From Squalus acanthias (lineage: Eukaryota): 64,000 nt of DNA. Location: the NCBI GenBank assembly GCA_030390025.1, contig CM059432.1, forward strand, positions 44,890,001-44,954,000, read 5' to 3'. Positions 11,364 through 23,324 of this stretch are shown one piece after another. The notes below the pieces were generated by a model. It was not told the origin of the DNA. It searched no databases and was given only the letters and a program-made list of their open reading frames with translations. The position numbers and the translations under genes are program-made. Each line of letters starts with the position of its first letter. Position 1 is the first letter of the stretch.

Positions 11364-13145
11364 ATGGAAGGGAGACCTGCGACCTGTTTCAGCAACACCT
11401 CCCTGAATGTGCTGCTGGGGGCTGCGAGGACCCAGAGGTAGATACTGTTCCCTAGCAACAGGAGGAAGAAGCCGGCTGGGAAACCAAGAAGGCAAGGTTG
11501 GAGGTGGCACAAGAGGTCAGCAGCAGGAGCGTGGTTCTACGCGCTTGGATCCAATGCAGGAAACGGTTCAATGACCTAAGCAGGATAGGAAAGGTGAGAG
11601 TAATGGCACATTCACCTATACCTGATGTGCGTATCACCCCAACGCCCTCACTCTGCCTTCTTAGGCCTACTCCAGCACATCAGTCCTCAAACCAACTTAC
11701 ATTGCAGATGGACCTATCCCTCTCTGTGTATGCACTTCCTCACATCCCCATTTATCCATCCACTACTGGCACTCACCCTCATCCTTATGCAATGTCATGC
11801 CTCTCCCTCATAGTCACCCTCAACAAATGCTCTCCATCCATCGGGTGAACACATACCATTACTCTCACTCATAGGTCTCTTGTTTCCTTCCTTGCAGGAG
11901 AAGAGAGCACAGAAAATCAGGGAGAGGCAGAGAACCAGAGGTGGCCCTCCAGCCATCTCACAACTAACAGCTACAGAGGAGGAGATGCTGGAGATCAGCG
12001 GAGTCTTGGCATGCCTGGCCGTTGGAGATGGGGGCCTCCCAGCTACCTGGGGGCAGAATTAAATATCAGACAGTCACATGGCATACAACACTCAGTCATG
12101 TTGACTTGATGTCAACAGCGAGCGAAATATGATCATGTTCTTACCTTGACCGTACTCATTCATGTCTTTTATCTCCCACAGGGCCTTCATGCATCCAGCA
12201 GGAGGTGGTCGAGATCATCATCGCCGCTGCCACCTCTGACTCCTCAGAGGAGCTCAATCCCTCTAAGGGTGCACCATCACAGGACTCATGCATACCATGC
12301 ACCAGCTCAGATACTCGCACTTTGCTGGGACTAGTTAGAGAGATGGGTTTTTACACGGTGACTCGCAAATCACAAGTGAGCAAGAGCAGATGGTGGAGTC
12401 AGGGACAGCAGTAGAGTCTGTGTCAGAGGGCACAGCCTCTCCAAGCTCTGCCCAGCTGGACGCAGAGGCTATATCCCGGGGGACATCAATAAAGAGGATA
12501 ATTATTGAACAGTAGCAGAGATTGTGCGATGTACTGACAGGCGTTCCAAGCGCATTGTGCACGATTGCAGAGAGATTGGAGGAGTCCGCCTCAGGCATGA
12601 GTGGGATGCTATCGCAGGCCATTGCGATGATGTCTTTTTCCATGGATAGAGTGGCCAACTGCATGGAACATCAAATGCAGCAATCGCACAAGTGCATGCA
12701 GGCATTCAACAAGGGTTTGCACACTCTGGATGCCACCTTAAATAGGATGAACGATAACCTAGCCTTGGCCTTTCGGTGCCCCACTGATCTGCATCAAACT
12801 GTTCTCCAGCACAATGGTAGCAGGGAAGTACGGCTGTGCCATGAGTGGGATGATGGTAAAAGGGGACATGGAAGCGGGGACTCCACTTCTCACCCATTTG
12901 CCCTCCCCCCTCAGTTAGTACCCGACATGCTGCCTCGTGTTCCAATGGCCAAGTCTGCCCCCGCACAGGTGTAGGTAGAGCAGTGTTTGGCGATGCCCTC
13001 ACAGGTTCCAAAACCCAAAGGACGTCAGCCAAAAGCAACTCAACAGTTAGAGCAGGGATGTGAGTAGCCTGCCTCAACCTCTGCTGAAGCCACAGGGGTT
13101 GCACCACGTGGAAGCGATATGAAAAGGAAGAGTAAAGATTTGTAG
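11364..13145 (+). pseudogene. Harbinger Myb/SANT-like DNA-binding protein (NAIF1/MSANTD-like), 3 exons, disrupted
   Basis: ATG at 11364. Exon 1 ends 11593 (...RAWIQCRKRFNDLSRIGK|GTGAG). Exon 2 starts 11898 after TTGCAG (EKRAQKIRERQRTRGGPP...TATEEEMLEI). Exon 3 starts ~12182 and includes ORF 12522..12974. Contains internal stops and frameshifts. Confidence 0.85.
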
Positions 13146-13425
13146 TTGCACAAGGGTATGCACATGGGTGTGTTACACATTTTGTACTGTTAAGTCTCAT
13201 CTGTTCATTTGTTGCACATAAATATTATTGTTTTGCACCACTTTCCCGTGTTGCCCACTCTTGGTTGCTGGTTGGCAAGTGACCTTTTAAGTTGTTTGAT
13301 GATAATTGGGAAGACCTGCAGTTGTTTGCAGGACTGCTTTGTGTTAATGGCATTGGGGGGATTGGTGGGGGGGGGGGGGGCGGGTGCAGCAAAAATGGTT
13401 TTTGCATGTGATTGTAAGATGGAAC

Positions 13426-14637
13426 CTAAGTGAACCTCGCAATAATCAGGGCATCCCAGGCAGCAATGTGCACTGCTAGTGGTGCATTGCCCACATCACC
13501 TTCTGCTTCCTCATCTTCCACCTCCTGTTCCTCGGAATCCTCCAAAGAGGCACTGTGCTCTGTGCCTAGTTCCTCCTGCAGGTCCAAACCTCGCTACTGG
13601 ACAATGTTGTGCAGAGCGCAGCACACCATGACCATTCTCGAAATGCTGGCTGGTGCGTACTGAAGGACACCTCCAGATCTGTCCAGGTACCTGAAGTGCA
13701 TCCTTAGCATGCCAATGGCCTGTTCAATCACACAACTGGTGTGATATGGCATTCATTGTGGCGCTCCTGTGCCTCATTCCTCGGGTTTCTGAGAGGTGTT
13801 ATCAGCCACATTTTAAGTGGGTATTCCTTGTCTCCGAGCAGCCAACTGGTAACTCTGCTTCCAGGTGCAAAGACGTCTGGGAGGGTGGATTGCCACAGGA
13901 TGAAAGCATCATGGCAGCTGCCCGGGATTCTTGTGTACACCTGCATAAACATCTTTTTGTGGTTGCACACCAGCTGCACATTGATGGAGTGGAATCCCTT
14001 GCAGTTGACGAACACTCCTGGTGTTCTATGGGTGCCTTAATTGCCATATATATGCAGTCGATGATGCCCTGCACCTGTGGGAAGCCAGCCAGAGCCACAA
14101 ATCTGAGCGCCCACTCATTCTGACTGGCGCCATTGCAGGCAAAATTGACATAATTGCTGGCCCTGGCAAACAAGCCATCAGTCACCTGTCTTATGCATTT
14201 GTGGGCCACTAACCAGGAGATCCTGCAAATGTCTCCAGCAGAGCCCTGGAAGGATCTAGATGCAAAAAAGTTGAAGGTGGTGGTGACTTTGACAGCCACT
14301 GGTAAAGCGGGACCACCAGGTGCAGTTGGCAGCAGGTCTTCTTCCAACAGGCTGCAAATGTCTGCCACCACCTCATGCGACACCCTGAGCCTCCTGAGAC
14401 ACAGGTGTTCAGAGATGTCGAGGAAGCTTATCCTCTGCCTGTAGACCCTGTGTGCCGGTTTGGCCTCCTGTGAGCTGCACCTCTTTGCTGTTCCCCTCTC
14501 TCCTGTGGAGCTGCAGGTCTGTGACCAGCAGACTGCTGCTGCCGCTGTTGCTGGTACTGTTGCTGCTGCTGTTGCTGTTGCTGGTCATCTTGGTCCTCAT
14601 CTGAGGTCCAGTCTAAGGCAGCATAAATGGCACCCAT
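13426..14637 (-). pseudogene. Harbinger DDE transposase (HARBI1-like), frameshifted
   Basis: Motifs spread over ORFs 14428..14637, 13802..14383 and 13728..14015: NFFASRSFQ, GFPQVQGIIDCIYMAI, KGFHSINVQLVC, PGSCHDAFIL, WLLGDKEYP; then IEQAIGMLRMHFR and CCALHN. Stop at 13426-13428. Confidence 0.92.
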
Positions 14638-17306
14638 GTTGACCTGATAGATCAGCGCTCCAAAGTGCAGATCAGACCTTCAAACCTCCAAAGTGTAGAT
14701 GACACCTCCAAAGTGTGTAAAGTAAACTCACCGCACAAGCATTGTGAAAAAACCCTTTCCCACAAACAGGTAAGAAAGCAGCTGAGTACTGAGCACTTAT
14801 TGGCATATTTCCCCGAGATTGCTTCAGCCCCCTCAATTGCCGCTGTGTTCTCGCCTTGCTTTCACTAGCGAGTTCCAGGAAGCCCAGGAAAGCCGTGGAC
14901 CCAAAGTTAAAGTTAAAAACCCATGCCAATATCGCTCTAATTGGGCGATTAACATATGTTAATTGGCAACCCGCCGCTCCCGAGGGGGTTGCTTGCACGC
15001 AGCCTAACGCACTGCAGTGAAACCCGGACCGGAAGTCAGTGGGTTGGAGCCGGCTTCCCGATGCGCTGTTAATATCGCCGGTTTTAACCCCCCCACCCGC
15101 TCCCAAACCCAAACATTAAAATCCAGCCCCAAATAGCTTCCTAATTACCCTGCGCTTATTGATGTTTGTTTTGCCTCCAACCTGAACTGTAGAGGAAGTG
15201 AAAATATTGCCCGTTAAAGGATTTGGACTCATTTGCCTTATTAGCAGCATTATTTCAACTTCATTAAGAGGAATTAGCCACTGGTTATCATTGTAATATG
15301 AGATACAACACTGTTAATATTAAGGCCACATCAACAAACATATTGCAATTTAGTAATTAAATGCACTCTCTATATCTAAGATAGAGGCTTTTCATCCCAA
15401 TCTAAGTCAGTGCATTAGGTGCTCCTGTAAATATTATATCGAATGATGATGGGGTGAAGGATGATGAAAGTATGTGTTGATCAAGTGGACAGATTATTAT
15501 GATATCGAACTTAACAACAAGGAATAATGCATTTCAGGCATTTGCAGCAAAAATTACTACAGTGCAATGTGACATCATGTTGCCTAGCAATTTATCCAGC
15601 AACAGGGATTATAAGATATCACAGAACCATAAAACAATCTTGATGCTCCATTTCTAAGCATGATAAAATAAAGGCTCACATGATTGAACATTAACATGCA
15701 TCTGAGACAAATAGAGAATGTACGTTAAGGACTAAAGCTACTAAGCATTGCTGCCTGAGCATTGAAAATGATTTATAGTATGTGCTAAGAGTGAGATATT
15801 GATCATGAAACACAGCTCCTCATACTATTTGCACCACACATTAGGTAATTGAAGTAAAAGAGGTTATATTGTAATTTAAAGTGGAATTAAATTGGTGCGC
15901 AGTTTGTGGATGTTCTGGTGATGTTATTACGAAACAATTTTTTATCAGTGATGTTCGTTCTCAACAGTGAGGTCAAATCCATGCAGTACAAAATAGTAAA
16001 TGAAGATGACAGCATGCACTCATAGAATTACTGCTGTGGTCTGATCAAATCAATAATAATTCATGCGTGAAGGAGTGCTTATACAATTAAAACAAAGCTA
16101 CACTTTCAATGTTAAAAATAAATATAAAACAGTAACAGTTTTTCAGTGGAAGAACAGTTATCTCTGCTCAGCTGCTTGCTAAACACATAAGGGCGCACCT
16201 ACACGGGTTGAATTGGAGCCCGCCAAATTCTGTGCAGTTTTCCCGTATGCAGGAGCTTAAAGGACTGCTGCGTTCTTAAAGGGAGGCAGCATTTTTTTTA
16301 AAGAGAGGTACTTAATGGACAGCATGGCTGTAGGAGCTCCAAGAACTGTCTGCTTAGTTTAATTGGAGATTGTGCCCCTGAGTAAAGTGGCAATTTTGGG
16401 GACAAAGAAAAATCCTCCAAATAGAGCCAGAGTAAAGCAAGAGATGGCCAATTGTGTGACTGTTTCACACCAGCTGAAATCCAGGCTGCTCTTTGGATGC
16501 CCTTTTACTTCCCAAAGCTGAAAGACTCTCTTTCTTATTTCAAAGGCGAAGGCTGCACATAAACATCAGCAGAGAATTCACACTGATGACGACCCAGCCG
16601 ACCTGTATCAAATTACCTACTACAAAGACTAGTCCTCCGCATATTTGTGGTGGAGGCCATACTGGGAGAAGTGCAGGTCCTTCTCCAGTTTGTTTCCTCT
16701 ATTCCATTCAGAAAGTGACAAAAGCGTTGCCTGGTAAACAAGGCAGCAGTGACCTACTCGGTGCATTGGTGTACAGATGACTGACACCATAGTGGCTTGA
16801 AATGAACCAGCTTCATAAAAGATTAATGCAGTGGTGACTTAGCAGCAATAGGCAGGTCTGTTTCTATATGGGATGTCAACTGAAGGCCATATTCCAATAT
16901 ACAGCACAGCTCATTGATTGCTTCTCTGCTGAACTATAGGCAGCACAGACAGGTCCCTTCCAACATGTGCCTTGGGTTATAATTCCTGGGCCTCCGCGGA
17001 TTATATCAGGTGCCTGACATGCCAGCACAATTGCCTCTCCTCCCTCTCTAAGAATTCCTCTTCTCCCTCCAATACAGGCAATGGAAGACCCAATGAGATG
17101 CACTGCTTGCATATACGCATGCATTTTCCAGCAGAAACCATTGGCTAGCCCTCAGACATGGGAACCTTTGTTGATAGAGCTCACCCTAGCTAGGGGTTCT
17201 GAGGCTAACTGTAGTGACCTAAATGCAGTCCAGGCTGAGATAAGTGGACTCAGCACAGACTGGGAATCAAATCAGGAACCTTCTAGTCTGTGTGGATTCA
17301 TGCTAT

Positions 17307-17546
17307 TGTTGAGGCTGCCGCGAAACATGAATGGAGGCTGAATCCATGTGTGGAAAACAAGAAACTTTAATTCACTGCATGGCACACAAAAAGGCTGAGA
17401 AAGCTGCTCCCAGAATCCTCTGGAAAAACCCTGAAGCCCCGCCCACTCCTGTCTTAAAGGTAAGGTGCCTTAAAGGGAAGGTTCACCGATATATTGTCCA
17501 CAGACGGAAAAGTGGGTTATGCCTGTTTAGGTGGCGATCCGCCACA
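17307..17546 (-). repeat. Gypsy 3' LTR
   Basis: Direct repeat of 23085-23324. Polypurine tract at ~17550-17557 (minus) immediately precedes it. Confidence 0.97.
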
Positions 17547-17752
17547 CAGCTCCCCCCAGAATCCGCTTAGGAGGTGTGAACGAGACGGTGCGGCGGTCTG
17601 ATGGGCTGGCCGGAGCGGCTCTTGTAGGACGCCGGTGGACGTGGAACGGCCGGGCATGGAGCAGCCGGGTGAACCGGCTTGAGGGCAGGTCGGCCGCATG
17701 GAGGTGGACGGAGCTACAGGGACCTGCTCACCGGGCTCCGAGTGTGCTGGCT

Positions 17753-19413
17753 TGTAGAATTCGCAATATATCGCGATTTTATTAATAAGGAGAAGAACAC
17801 AGAGTTTCGTTCAAACAGCTTTTATTTCAGCAGAATGCTGTCAGGTTTTCAAAGTGGACACAAGCAGCTTGTAAAATGGCCGCCACGCCTCGTGACAGAA
17901 CATTCTAGACTTTTCGACAGGCAGACAAGATGGCGTTCCAATAAACATTTGTGTAAGATCGATTAAGACTCAGCACATTTAAGATAATACACGAGACATC
18001 ATGGGTTTACAGTATACACATAAATACTGGAATCGGTCTCCCAGGTGCGAATAAGGGTTATTGTACCAAGTAATCAAGAACCCATCCAAAGACATTAATA
18101 TGTAAAATCCCAACGACTCTACGATGAGAGAGCCGTTAGCGGGTAGTTACAGAAAACACTTGGAAGCCCCAAAACCCCTCCAGGGAGAACACCGACCGAT
18201 TAAACAATGGGAGAAATATTAACAGGTACTCAGACAATTACGAGTAGCCCCGAAACCCATTAAAACGGAGATCACCCTATACAAGACATTTGAGTGCCAA
18301 ACCCTAACAAAAGAAAAGACATTAAGGTTGGGCGGGAAACGGAAGATTTTGCACTATAATTACAAGCTCCAAACCGTCCATCTTTCTCTTATCCTGGTGG
18401 CTGCTCCTGTGCTCTTATCCTCTTATTCGCTTGACTCTTGCCTCTTGACTCTTGACTCGTATCCTCGTGGCTGCTCTTGACTCGCCGTCTTGTTCCTGTT
18501 TGATGAACTGGGCTCTGAAGCCTTGAAGCGGGCGCACCATCCCGATAAGTCGGTAAACGGTGTTGGAACCGAAGGCCCGAGATGAGATGAGATGAGATGA
18601 GATGAGAAGAGAAGAAGACCATACTTATCGCCACGGTCAGTAGGCTCCGACCGCGCCTGTAGGTCGAATAGACATTTTTCCTTGCCAGGAAGACTTCTTC
18701 GAGTTTTACAGAACTGCCAGGAAGATTATTCTTCGAATTTTATCGTACCTGTGCGAGGGCACAGGAAGACTCTTCTTTGAGCAGTGTCGGAACTCCGAGG
18801 ACAACACAGATCTTCATGACAGCAGACGTTCCAGCCTGCTAGCCGGAGCAGAAACGAGTAAACAAGTGGGGCCAGGAGACCCCCTGATCGACACGTGGGT
18901 GCTGCGGTGAAAAACATCCGATCAGAGTTTTCGGAATTCTCCGAGTTATCACGAGTGGTGAGCATGAACCTCGAATCCTACGAATCTAGCTTAGGACAGA
19001 TATTGATAGGGGAGGGTTTTAAGTATTAAGGATAATTGTAATGTGTGCCCCCATTTACGATGTGTCGTTCGTTCCTCGTTTCCCTGAAATTAATTACATA
19101 ACTGCGTGTAAGATTGTACTGTCATTAATCTGTGCTTATGACATGTATTTCATAATCTTAAATAATATGCAATAAAGATTTTCCATTTCGTACCATTCAA
19201 CCGAGTCTACCTGAGTTTCATCTCCATTACTGCTCTCGCATCTAAGTCCAGTGTCTAGAACCGTAAGGGCGAGTGGGTCGAACCACTCACAGGTGTCTAG
19301 TGCTCCCAGACTGGCTGGAGACCAGAACAGGCAACAAGGCCTAACCTCGCACTAGCATCCAGGCTGCACAGAGCCACACGAATCTCACAGGTTGAGAGAC
19401 GAAAACCCTTACA
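17753..19413 (+). mobile_element. 1661-bp solo-LTR-like insertion nested in the Gypsy integrase
   Basis: Ends TGTA...TACA, with 4-bp TSD GGCT (17749-17752, 19414-19417). Removing it restores ...VDRLKPAHSEPGEQVPVA in frame. GC-box, CGGAAG and TATAAT at 18330-18360 and AATAAA at 19171 suggest + orientation. Confidence 0.85.
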
Positions 19414-22400
19414 GGCTTGAGTCGGTCAACCGACACTTTTTCGGTCCTGTCGCCCACTTGCAGGGTGAAAAATTTGTCCCCAGCCTGTAGCACCTTGTAG
19501 GGCCCGTCGTACGGGGGTTGAAGGGGTCCGCGGTGGGCGTCGTGCCGGACGAAAACAAACCGTGCCTGGTGCAGGCTTAGTGGGACGTGTGAGGTGGATT
19601 CGCCGTGTCGAGCAATGGGCACCGGGGCGAACTGCAGCGCCGGTGAGGCGAAGTCGTGGCGTTGCTGGTCGGCTGACCAGGGTGTCGTGGCGGTGGGCAG
19701 GAACTCGCCGGGTACGCGCAGCGGCTGACTGTACATGAGCTTTGCTGCCGATGCGTGGAGGTCTTCTTTAACCGCGGTGCGCAGGCCGAGAAGGACCCAC
19801 GGAAGTCGGTCGGTCCAGGCGCCGTCTTGGAGGCTGGCTCGAAGAGATGCCTTCAAGGATCTGTGGAACCGCTCACACAGTCCGTTGGCTTGGGGGTGGT
19901 ATGCTGTGGTGCGGTGAATGGTCACCCCGAGATTGCGTGCAACGGCGGTCCAGAGTTCAGAGGTAAATTGCGGACCTCTGTCCGACGTCATGTCGGAGGG
20001 GATGCCAAACCGTGCGACCCAGGTGCTGACGAAGGCTCTGGCGATGTCGGCGGTGGTGGTAGAGGTCAGTGGAATTGCCTCAGGCCAGCATGTGGTGCGG
20101 TCAACGATGGTCAGCAAGTGCGTGTGGCCTTGCGACGGCGGCAGGGGCCCGACGATGTCCACGTGGATGTGGTCGATTCTCCGCGAGGGGACGGTAAACT
20201 CCTCGAGGGGTGCTTTCATGTGTTGCTGTACTTTGGCCCGTTGGCAGGCTAGGCAGGAGTTGGCCCAAGTACGCACATCCTTGCGAAGGCCGCGCCAGAT
20301 GAAGCGGTTGGCTACCAATTTGATGGATGCGCAGGCGCCGGGGTGGGAGAGGTTGTGGAGAATGTCGAATATCCGGCGGCGCCAGGACGCTGGGACGACG
20401 GGCCGAGGTTGACATAGGGATATGTCGCACTTGACTGTGACTGCGGTCGGGCCACAAGCGACGTCGGCCAGGCGTAGCCCTGGTAGGTTGGTGGGTGCGG
20501 AGAGCAGATCAGGGTCGGTGATCTGGTCTGCTGCGAGTTGAGCGTAGTCGACTGCCAGGTGTGCGGCGTGGATGGCGGGGCGGGAGAGGCAGTCGGCTAC
20601 CACATTGTCTCGGCCGGAGACGTGTTGGATGTCCGTGGTGAACTCGGACACTGCTGAGAGCTGGCGCTGCTGCCTGGTGGACCAGGGGTCGGTTGTCTTT
20701 ACCATTGCGAATGTCAGGGGCTTGTGGTCGACAAACGCCGTGAAGGGGTGGCCCTCAAGCAAAAACAGGAAATGGCGGACCGCCAGGAACAGCGCGAGGA
20801 GTTCGCGGTCGAAGGTGCTGTACTTGACCTCCGGGGGGCGTAGTTGGCGGCTGAAGAAGGCAAGTGGTTGCCAGGCGCCGTCGACCCACTGCTCATACAC
20901 GGCGCCGACCGCGTGGTCGGAGGCGTCCGTGGTGAGCGCTACCCTGGCATTGGGCCGTGGGTGCGCGAGCAGGGTGGCGTTGGCGAGCGCGGTCTTGGTG
21001 GAGTCGAAGGCGGCTGACGCGTCTGCCGTCCATTCGACTGCCATCTTGCCGCTCCTGCCCCGGAGGGTTTCATACAGGGGCCTCATGAGGGACGCCGCTT
21101 TGGGGATGAAGCGGTTATAGAAGTTCACCATCCCGAGGAACTCCTGGAGGCCTTTGATGGTGGTGGGGCGGGGAAATTGTTGGACGGCCTGCACCTTGGT
21201 GGGCAGGGGAATGGCCCCAGCATGGGTGATTTGGTGGCCGAGGAAGTTGATCTTGTCCAGGCCGAACTGGCATTTGGCTGGGCTGAGGATGAGCCCGTGG
21301 TCGCTGAGGCGCCCGAACAGGATGCGAAGGTGTTCGAGGTGTTCCTGCTTGGAGGAACTGGCTACCAGGATGTTGTCCAGGTAGACGAACAGGAACTTCA
21401 GGTCCCGAAGGACCGAGTCCATGAGCCGTTGGAATGCCTGGGCCGCGTTTTTGAGGCCGAAGGGCATCCGCAGGAACTCGAACAGGCCGAAGGGGGTGAT
21501 TACGGCCGTCTTGGGGACGTCCGCGGGGTGGACGGGGACTTGGTGGTAGCCGCGCACCAGGTCGACCTTGGAAAAGACTGAGCGGTCGGCCAGTCTAGCC
21601 GAGAAGTCCTGAATGTGCGGCACGGGGTACCGATCAGGGGTGGTGGCGTCATTGAGGCGGCGGTAATCCCCGCAGGGGCGCCAACCTCCGCCTGGTTTGG
21701 GGGCGATGTGGAAAGGGGAGGCCCAGGGACTGTTGGAGCGGCGGATGATGCCGAGCTGTTCCATGGTGGCAAACTCGGTCCGCGCGATCTCCAGTTTGGC
21801 CGGGTCCAGCCTGCGGGCGTGGGCGTACACTGGGGGGCCTGTGGTGGGGATGAAGTGTTCCACCCCGTGTTTGGCGGCCTCCGCGGAGAAGGTCGGATTG
21901 GTGAGGGCTGGGAATTCGGCCAGGAGTGCCGAGTAGTCATCCGTGGCCCTGGCGTGGCACTGTGACGCCATGTCGGCGGGTTGACGGGGGGCCATGGCGC
22001 CCAGGATGGGGGACATGGTGTTCATGTCCACGCGGCGGTGACGGGGGATGTCTACCAGTAGGCCGTGGGCGCACAGGAAATCTGCGCCGATGAGAGGGGA
22101 GAGCACCTTGGCAGTGATGAACTCCCATCGGTAGCGGCGACCAGCGAGGTCGAGGGTGACTGTCCGGGTGCCATACGTCCGGATTTCTGAGCCGTTAGCA
22201 GCAGCCAGCGCCGGTCCTCATTCGCCCTTTTGGATGTCGAGGGAGGAGGCCGGGATGATGCATGCTGAGCCCCAGTGTCGCACAGGAACCGGCGGCCGGT
22301 TTTGTCATCCGTAACGAACAGCAGGGAGCCCGCGTGGCCCACAGCCATCGCGGGGGCTGGTACAGGGGCGGACTTGAAAGAGCAGGGAGGTGTGCACCGT

Positions 22401-23044
22401 TGTGCCCTGGCGCCGAACCGTGCGTGGTAGTAACAGTGGCCCGGGTTAGTGGGGCGTGAAGGCCCCGTGGGCCTGGTGGCAGGCCCTTGTGGCCGCGTGT
22501 AAGCCGGTGAGGGGCGCGCCCAGGCATTGGCTGCCAGGTCCGGAGTGACGTCACGGCTGGAGTGAGCGGACAGCAGCTTGTCGGCCTCATCGGCCAGGGC
22601 TTCCAGGTTCGTGAGGCCGGACGCCACGATCGCTGGGCGGATGCTGAGAGGGAGCTGGTGGATGAACAGCGTGTGGAAGAGGGATCCGGGTGGGCTCTCG
22701 TCGGTGAGGGAGACCATGTGGGAGAGGAGGTCTGACGGTGAGGCATCACCGAGGCCTGGAAGGTCGAGGAGGTGGCAGTTTCACTGATATGCCGAGGCCG
22801 TAAATTTTTTAAGGAGCGCTGTCCTGAGATGTGCGTACTTGCCTTCCTCTGGTGGGTTCTGCAGCGTTGTCCAAACCTTCGAAACTGCGGCGCTACTGAG
22901 TGATGTGACGAGATAGTCGTACTTCGTCCCATCTGTGGTGATATTTCGCAGCCGGAAGCGAGATTCAGCTTGGAGAAACCAGGCTTCGGGCTGGTTTTCC
23001 CAAAACTCCGGGAGTTTCACGGAAACTGCGTTCGTGTCCGCCAT
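19414..23044 (-). pseudogene. Gypsy gag-pol polyprotein (Gag with CHCC knuckle, aspartic protease, RT, RNase H, integrase); C-terminal tail continues below 17752
   Basis: Gag VKLPEFW...PEAWF with an in-frame TGA at 22781-22783. CYYH-x9-C-x3-C knuckle. Protease FLCDTGA followed by a frameshift near 22262. RT RMPFGLKNA / YLDN (D-to-N change). RNase H TTDASD...YSTFDRELLA. Integrase H-H-C-C zinc motif, HVDIVGP / SDRGPQF / NGLCERFHR and GPY. Confidence 0.95.
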
Positions 23045-23069
23045 TGCAGTGCTCGGAATACGTTCTGAG

Positions 23070-23083
23070 CGTTGGGGTCACCA
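23070..23083 (-). other. Primer binding site, tRNA-Trp type
   Basis: Minus-strand TGGTGACCCCAACG, 1 nt after the 5' LTR. Matches the known tRNA-Trp PBS TGGTGACCCCGACG with one mismatch. Confidence 0.85.
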
Positions 23084-23084
23084 A

Positions 23085-23324
23085 TGCTGAGGCTGCCGCG
23101 AAACACGAATGGAGGCTGAATCCATATGTGGAAAACAAGAAACTTTAATTCACTGCATGGCACACAAAAAGGCTGAGAAAGCTGCTCCCAGAATTCTCTG
23201 GAAAAACCCTGAAGCCCCGCCCACTCCTGTCTTAAAGGTAAGGTGCCTTAAAGGGAAGGTTCACCGATATATTGTCCACAGACGGAAAAGTGGGTTATGC
23301 CCATTTAGGTGGCGATCCGCCACA
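23085..23324 (-). repeat. Gypsy 5' LTR
   Basis: Direct repeat of 17307-17546, adjacent to the PBS. Confidence 0.97.

Larger units (their letters stand above)
11095..15129. mobile_element. Full-length two-gene Harbinger DNA transposon, decayed (element B)
   Basis: Imperfect TIRs: GTGCTGCATTTTATT...TTGGGAGCGGG at left, reverse complement GGGCTGGATTTTAAT...TTGGGAGCGGG at right. Flanks TAA/CAA. Convergent Myb-like and transposase genes. Confidence 0.9.
17307..23324 (-). mobile_element. Ty3/Gypsy LTR retrotransposon, CsRn1-clade-like, full length but disabled
   Basis: 240-bp TG...CA LTRs (17307-17546, 23085-23324) differing at 6 positions. 4-bp TSD CTAT. PBS TGGTGACCCC. PPT GGGGGGAG. Domain order Gag-PR-RT-RH-IN. 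Confidence 0.97.

Noticed and set aside
17331..17570. 79-aa ORF repeated at 23109..23330
   Set aside because: Antisense reading of the two Gypsy LTRs; the duplication is explained by the LTRs.
19341..19413. Apparent C-terminus of the 921-aa Pol ORF (VRVFVSQPVRF...)
   Set aside because: Read-through into the nested solo LTR. The true integrase tail resumes at 17752.
19735..21965. Many plus-strand ORFs over Gypsy pol
   Set aside because: Shadow ORFs expected from GC-rich, stop-poor sequence.
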